From: Chiloscyllium plagiosum
Lineage: Eukaryota
Reading direction: 5' to 3'
Length of the DNA stretch: 57,449 nt
Assembly (NCBI RefSeq): GCF_004010195.1
Contig: NC_057751.1
Span: 17,193,090 to 17,250,538, forward strand
The translations under genes were made by a program, and so were the position numbers. Shown piece after piece: positions 51,201 through 57,449 of the stretch (position 1 is its first letter; each line of letters opens with the position of its first letter). Below the pieces are notes generated by a model. It saw nothing but the letters and a program-made list of their open reading frames with translations, was not told where the DNA came from and ran no database searches.

Positions 51201-51629
51201 TTCTCACCTCCGATGTGTTGGTGGACCGGTGTTTAGATACTCAACAATGGCATTGTTCTCAACCCACTGCAAATATAAAGTAGTCCTCACTCACTTATTT
51301 CCAGTAACACCAGTGAGCCAGTCAGCAATGATAAATTGAGGAAAATGATCTCTGAATGGAGAGCAGGAACACTTCCTGAGAAGTTCAACAAACATTAAAC
51401 ACAGGTCAAAAGTACTAGAAGTGTCACAGCGGGAACCTCTCCCAGGTGTGAAATGCATTGTAACTCTCCATCAGCATTGCTCAACAACTATTCTGAGGAT
51501 AGCTTCAAAACATGAGTGCAGACTGATGCAAAACTCACTCGACAATGTCTCCATCAAACACTTACAAGACACAAAAAGCACGGAGATTTGTACTGCGTAA
51601 AGCACTCTTGACACTGTCACGATCAACTA

Positions 51630-53830
51630 GTTTCGAAAGAATGAGCTGTGGTCAGCCACAGAGGCAGACTGCGAAGTGTGATCTTCATTGATAAACTCAG
51701 TCAAACATTCTGGAAAGAGTGGCATGAGGTCGGCATTGCAGTGACAGAGTTCTGGAAGAGACCTTGCTGCGAGCAGCACGGAGAAGCAACCTGGAAAGAT
51801 TGGACAGCAGTTTACACACAATGCAAAATCCTCGGGAGAGTGCCATGCCGTGATTAACACATTGATACAATCCACAAAAAATCGTCTTCATTCAGCTATT
51901 GGGTGAAACCGTCCATGAGCTGCACCTGAAGTTTACATTGTCGACAAACAGTCGGAGAAGAGTGACTTAACGTCAGCCTCTCAGTGAAGATGTCTGGAAA
52001 AGTTCCCTGTCGTGAGCCTCGCAATGAAGCCGTCCGGCAAGAAACTCATGCTGTTAATAGGACAGTGAATCAGTCCTGGAGGAATGGTCTACAGTCGGCA
52101 TCTCAGAAGAGCAGAGTGGGATCAAAGTCTGGTCGTTGGCTTTGCAGTGAATCATGCGAGGAGATTTGCTTCAAGAGTGTGTGGCGGTAAAACAACCCAG
52201 GAAACATGGCCTGAAGTCAGCATTGAAGTACAACAGTATGTGAGATGTGGTCTGCAGTCATCATCACAGGGTAATTGCCTGTCAATGGTAGCCAACGGTG
52301 AGCAACATAATGAATCAAACGAGGTAAAGTGTCCTACAGTGTCCGTCAATGCAAATTAGTCAGCAAAGTGAGGCCCGGACTCAACATGGCACTGAGGGGG
52401 ATTGGCCTGTCAATAGCATCATAGCGATGCTGCTTGAGAAGAATCGCTGCCACCGGGTGTCATAATGAAACAGTTTGTAAAGGGTAACTGCAGTGTGCCA
52501 TCGTGGAAAGTCTGTGAAAAGTGCTTTGAAGTTAGTTTCTCAGTGGAGCAGGCCAGGAAAATTGTCTGGCAGTGAGCATCGCACGGGCAGTCGAAGAATA
52601 GGGTGGCTGAGGTCTGCATGGCAGTGAATCAGTCTGGGATTAGCGACCTGAAGGTAGCAAATCAGTGATGCAGACTGCGAAATGTGGCGTGCAGGGACGA
52701 ATGCAGTTAAATAGTGTGTTAAGAATGGTCTTCAGTCAAGATTGCATGCAAAATGATTGTTCAGAGCGGCCTGCGGAGAACATCACCGTCATTAAGACTA
52801 GGACGGATGGCTCTGTGGTCAAACTTCCAGTGAAAGAAATTGTGAGTACAGCTTGCAATGAATATTACTGGGTAAAATTTTGCAAGGCGTGGACGACAGT
52901 CAAAGCAGACGTGAGGGAGATTGGACTTCAGGCAGAATGATATTGATGCAGTCAGGGAGGTGTGGTCTGCAGTGTGCAGCCCAGGAAAAAGATCTGGGAA
53001 GAGCGGTTGAAGCTTGTAATGCAGGAAAGGGAGACTGGGAAGATCGGGCTGAAGACACCATTTGAGTGAGGCAGTCTGGGAAGAGTGGTCTGCAGTCAAC
53101 ATGGTGGTTAAACAGACTGGGAAAGGGACCTGCAGTCAACAGCTCAGTGTCACATTCGATGATTTTAGGATTTCAGTGGAGCAGTCCGGGAAGAGTGAAT
53201 GTGTCTGGGAATAGTGGCCAGCAATCCGCATCACAGTGAACCAATATGGGATAACTGGCCTCAGTGCAAATCACAATGAAAATATCTGGCAAACGTGGAC
53301 TGCTGTTTGCATCATAATGTATCTGATAAGGATGAGCGACCTTTGTATTCATTGTAGAGAAAATGCCTGAAAACAGTGGACTGCAGCACTCATATCAATG
53401 AAATCGCCTACAATGATTAGCGTGTGTCAAAATTATAATGATGCATTCAAGGAAGTGATGTCTGCAGCGAACAACTCAGAGAAGCAGTCTGGAAGAGTGA
53501 TCTGCAGTCAACATCACAGTAAAACAGGCATCAAAGAGAGGTCTGAAATCGATATTGCAGGGAGTGAAGGAATCGAGCATGAATGGCCTTCGGTTCCCAT
53601 CTTTATGAACCGTCGAGGAAGACTAGCAGTCTTGGAAACGGCGACAACTGTTCGCACCGCAGTGAAATAAATGGCAAAATGTCGCCTGCAGTGAGCATCT
53701 TCAGAAAGCAAACGAGTAAGATTTGACTGCAGTGAGCATTGCAGAGAAGCAGTCTGGCAGAATCAGAGTGAAATAGTGTGAGAAGTTGGGCCCGCAGTCA
53801 GATTCACAGTGAAGTAAACTTGGAAGAGTT
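51630..53830 (+). repeat. Degenerate ~41-bp tandem satellite
   Basis: Unit approximating cagtctgggaagagtggtctgcagtcaacatcacagtgaaa; periods of 40-41 at 53072/53113 and 53461/53501/53542. Confidence 0.78.
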
Positions 53831-53834
53831 GCTT

Positions 53835-54256
53835 GTGGGGACCCTCTCGGTCATGGCTGACCATGGGTCGCATCCTTGTTATTCTTGCTTTCTGCTTCAC
53901 TGGAGCAACGTTGCTTGTGACTGAAATGACAGTCCTGGTCGCACAGGTCACATCTGTATGTGGTCGTTGATCTGCTAAAATGGCTGTACTCATGCCTATT
54001 TACTGCAATACTCCTCAGCTTCTTTTCCCCTCTTTTGAGGTGTTGGTTCAGGGTCCTTCTCCATCTCGTGCAGTCAGCTGCAAGCCTCCACCAGGACTTC
54101 ATTCCGATTTCAAGCGTCTTCTTGTACGTCATATTGACGTCCTTGAAACCTTGTTTGGGACGCCCAGTAGGTCTCTTCCCAGTAGCAATCTCACCATGAA
54201 GGATATCCGTTAGAATGTGGCCTTCCTCCAAGTTTTGGTCTTGACCCCGCCAGCAT
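53835..54256 (-). mobile_element. RTE-clade LINE 3' end
   Basis: DILHGEIATGKRPTGRPKQGFKD..WWRLAADCTRWR..CDLCDQDCHFSHKQRC, the RTE C-terminus with a zinc finger. Confidence 0.88.
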
Positions 54257-54756
54257 NNNNNNNNNNNNNNNNNNNNNNNNNNNNNNNNNNNNNNNNNNNN
54301 NNNNNNNNNNNNNNNNNNNNNNNNNNNNNNNNNNNNNNNNNNNNNNNNNNNNNNNNNNNNNNNNNNNNNNNNNNNNNNNNNNNNNNNNNNNNNNNNNNNN
54401 NNNNNNNNNNNNNNNNNNNNNNNNNNNNNNNNNNNNNNNNNNNNNNNNNNNNNNNNNNNNNNNNNNNNNNNNNNNNNNNNNNNNNNNNNNNNNNNNNNNN
54501 NNNNNNNNNNNNNNNNNNNNNNNNNNNNNNNNNNNNNNNNNNNNNNNNNNNNNNNNNNNNNNNNNNNNNNNNNNNNNNNNNNNNNNNNNNNNNNNNNNNN
54601 NNNNNNNNNNNNNNNNNNNNNNNNNNNNNNNNNNNNNNNNNNNNNNNNNNNNNNNNNNNNNNNNNNNNNNNNNNNNNNNNNNNNNNNNNNNNNNNNNNNN
54701 NNNNNNNNNNNNNNNNNNNNNNNNNNNNNNNNNNNNNNNNNNNNNNNNNNNNNNNN
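54257..54756. other. Assembly gap of exactly 500 N (probably a placeholder-size scaffold join)
   Basis: Round length, with an abrupt shift to CpG/GC-rich sequence on the right side. Confidence 0.8.
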
Positions 54757-55181
54757 AATGAAAGGAAACAGGGCGCGAGAGATTTGCGGTCTGTCTCGTC
54801 ACAAAAACCTCGCCTGCACCAACACCCGCCGCCCCCCTCCACCCACCAAACCGAACTCAAACGCGTGACAGGTATCCCCTGCTTTTCCAAAGCTCGCTTT
54901 AGGCCGCTGCGCTTGTGTGGAAAACTGACACTGGTGCCACGGTTCAACTAAAGCAACCCAAAGAGGATTTTCGCGAAAAAGACCAATTAATGTCCCCACG
55001 TAAACGAAGGCTTCGTCGCCTGACGCCCTTTTGGCTCCCAAAAAGGGATTTGCTCTGCTTTCGAAACCCGCATTCCCGAGGACGGGGCTGTCTCGCTCAC
55101 GTCCCTCAGCCGAGGAAGGTTGCCCTGGCGACGGAGGAGCGAAAGGCCGATCCCTGGGACTGACGGAGACGAGCCGGGTCA

Positions 55182-55382
<201 letters not shown>

Positions 55383-55498
55383 TCAGAATCGTCGGAGTGC
55401 ACACTCATGAAGCCCCGACGCCATCCCAGAGGGCGGGAAAATGCCCCCCCCTCGCCATTTCGGCGTGCTGCGGCCTAGCGAGCCCAAAAAAGCCTTAC

Positions 55499-55579
55499 CT
55501 CAGAGCTTGATCGAGAGACATCTCGCAGAAGTCAAACAGTTGCAGGTATTCCTCAGCCAACATTTGACTGAACTCGTTG
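55499..55579 (-). CDS. PSD4: PSD/EFA6 Sec7 exon (NEFSQMLAEEYLQLFDFCEMSLDQALR)
   Basis: ctctag|C...AG|gtaagg, 81 nt, phase 2-2; matches the PSD-family NNEFS..AEEYL..FDF..LDQALR. Confidence 0.93.
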
Positions 55580-55608
55580 CTAGAGCGACGGAGGGGAAAA
55601 AAAATACT

Positions 55609-56026
55609 GTCAAGTCACAGGTAGATAGGATAGTGAAGAAGGCGTTTGGTATGCTTTCCTTTATTGGTCAGAGTATTGAGTACAGGAGTTGGGAGGTCAC
55701 GTTGCGGCTGTACAGGACATTGGTTAGGCCACTGTTGGAATATTGCGTGCATTTCTGGTCTCCTTCCTATCGGAAGGATATTGTGAACAGGTTCAGAAAA
55801 GATTTACAAGGATGTTAGAGGGTTTGAGCTATAGGGAGAGGCTGAATAGGCCGGGGCTGTTTTCCCTGGAGCGTCGGAGGCTGAGGGGTGACCTTATAGA
55901 GGTTTATAAAATCGTGAGGGGGCACGGATAGGGTAAATAGACATGGTCTTTTCCCTGGGGTGGGGGAGTCCAGAACTAGAGGGCCATAGGTTTAGGGTGA
56001 GAGGGGAAAGATATAAAAGGGACCTA
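55609..56026 (+). mobile_element. CR1 LINE 3' fragment in the PSD intron (runs into gap 56027-56288)
   Basis: LYRTLVRPLLEYCVHFWSP and RRLRGDLIEVYKI motifs. Confidence 0.9.
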
Positions 56027-56288
56027 NNNNNNNNNNNNNNNNNNNNNNNNNNNNNNNNNNNNNNNNNNNNNNNNNNNNNNNNNNNNNNNNNNNNNNNNNN
56101 NNNNNNNNNNNNNNNNNNNNNNNNNNNNNNNNNNNNNNNNNNNNNNNNNNNNNNNNNNNNNNNNNNNNNNNNNNNNNNNNNNNNNNNNNNNNNNNNNNNN
56201 NNNNNNNNNNNNNNNNNNNNNNNNNNNNNNNNNNNNNNNNNNNNNNNNNNNNNNNNNNNNNNNNNNNNNNNNNNNNNNNNNNNNNNNN

Positions 56289-56420
56289 AGAGAGAGAGAG
56301 ACAGAGTGAGAGAGGGGAAGAGAGCGAGGGAAGGGGAAGAGAGAGAGAGTGAGAGAGATCGAGGGAAAGAGAGAGTGAGTGAGACAGAGAAAACCAGAGA
56401 GTCAGTAAGAGAGTGAGAGA
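56289..56420. repeat. (GA)n-rich microsatellite
   Basis: Direct inspection. Confidence 0.9.
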
Positions 56421-56559
56421 GCTCGGGCACAAGGTTTGGTAATCCACCCATTCAGCAGAAAGCCGTGGAAAATCATTGAGGTCCCAACAGCCAGAGGGAT
56501 AGATGTCCCATGGTAGATATCCCCCACCCGCTCCCCCTTTCGGAGATGGGTGGACCTAC

Positions 56560-56733
56560 TTCTTATCCAGGTAGGGGGCCACCTCAGTCCTCTGGAAACC
56601 GTCCAGATGGTACAGTTTCGATGCCAGTTGCTTGGCCACCTCCCGGTCCTGCCTACCGCCATTAGCCAGCAGAGCCTTGAGGTCAGCCGTTTCCATGATG
56701 ACGCCCGTCTCCATGTCCATCCCCACCAGGTTG
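56560..56733 (-). CDS. PSD4: PSD/EFA6 exon entering Sec7 (NLVGMDME..LANGGRQDREVAKQLASKLYHLDGFQRTEVAPYLDK)
   Basis: ttaacacag|C...AA|gtaggt, 174 nt, phase 2-2. LASKLY and EVAPYL resemble PSD4 (LASRLY, EVAAYL) more than other PSD paralogues as I recall them. Confidence 0.92.
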
Positions 56734-57134
56734 CTGTGTTAAGGCAAACAGGAAAGGCCAAAGGTCAGGGCAGAGGCACAGAGAAAGAGAGAGAGAGACG
56801 CCAATAGTCCAGGTTCAAATCCCGCCTTGGCTAACTTACCACAAAAGGCCTGTCTTTCTCAACTTCCTAGGCCTATTGAGTGCTCATACTAACCCGCCAC
56901 CTGTCACCCCTCTCCCTCTGTGGTGTAAAATTCCAAGCAGTGGAATGTCTGTGTTAAGGCAAACAGGAAAGGCCAAAGGTCAGGGCAGAGGCACAGAGAA
57001 AGAGAGAGAGAGACGCCAATAGTCCAGGTTCAAATCCCGCCTGGGCTAACTTACCACAAAAGGCCTGTCTTTCTCAACTTCCTAGGCCTATTGACTGCTC
57101 ATACTAACCCGCCACCTGTCACCCCTCTCCCTCT
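56734..57134. repeat. Tandem duplication of 186 bp of intron including the splice acceptor
   Basis: 56734-56919 and 56949-57134 differ at 2 positions; 29-nt spacer. Confidence 0.92.
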
Positions 57135-57171
57135 TTGTCTCTCTTTCTCTCATTCTCTCTCAATCTCTCTC

Positions 57172-57449
57172 ACATTCCCAAAAAGATGTGCAGGTTAGGT
57201 GCCAAATCAGGGGTAAATATAGGGGAGGGGAATGGGTCTGGGTGGGTTGCTCTTCGGAGGGTCGGTGTGGACTTGTTGGGCCAAAGGGCCTGTTTCCACA
57301 TTGTAGGGAATCTAATCTAATCTAACCTCGCACTCTTAGATTAGATTACATTACTTACAGTGAGGAAACAGGCCCTTCGGCCCACCGAGTCCACACCGAC
57401 CCTCCAAAGAGCAACCCACCCAGACTCATTCCCTGACATTTACCCCTTC
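57172..57449. mobile_element. Two SINE 3' fragments tail-to-tail (57172-57325 +, 57336-57449 -)
   Basis: HE1-type tails ending (tctaa)n on opposite strands, separated by cctcgcactc. Confidence 0.85.

Noticed and set aside
51330..51600. RTE reverse-transcriptase remnant on + (RSKVLEVSQRE)
   Set aside because: The catalytic FADD motif is absent and the similarity is too weak.
51630..53830. CRISPR-like array or repetitive protein gene
   Set aside because: Units are contiguous and degenerate with no unique spacers, there are no cas genes, the context is eukaryotic, and the 40-41 bp period breaks frame.

Overview
Eukaryotic, repeat-rich vertebrate DNA, most likely a shark. This is an inference from the HE1/V-SINE-type SINEs, CR1 LINEs and the GPCR/NLR gene types. 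There are three assembly gaps (2407-3011, 54257-54756, 56027-56288). Host genes read directly from the sequence: (1) an intact two-exon GPR139/GPR142-like class A GPCR on + (exon 1 10463-10529, exon 2 16681-17552, 312 aa; the ORF-track start at 16506 is wrong); (2) an NLR (NACHT-LRR) pseudogene on - with three recognisable exons (26232-28320) that the ORF track misses; (3) three internal Sec7-domain exons of a PSD/EFA6 Arf-GEF gene, most like PSD4, on - (55241-56733), which run into a 500-N gap. More decayed relics of GPR139-like genes (+, ~4925-5660 and ~40583-40800) and NLR NACHT exons (-, ~7200-7620 and ~40930-41800) suggest a repeatedly duplicated convergent GPCR(+)/NLR(-) cassette. This is the most interesting hypothesis here, but it rests on by-eye alignment. 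The rest is CR1, Rex1/Babar, RTE and Penelope-like retroelements (with hammerhead ribozyme motifs and fold-back inversions), a Gmr1-type Gypsy element (integrase before RT), SINEs, and two degenerate satellites (69 bp and ~41 bp). Boundaries of old repeats are approximate.
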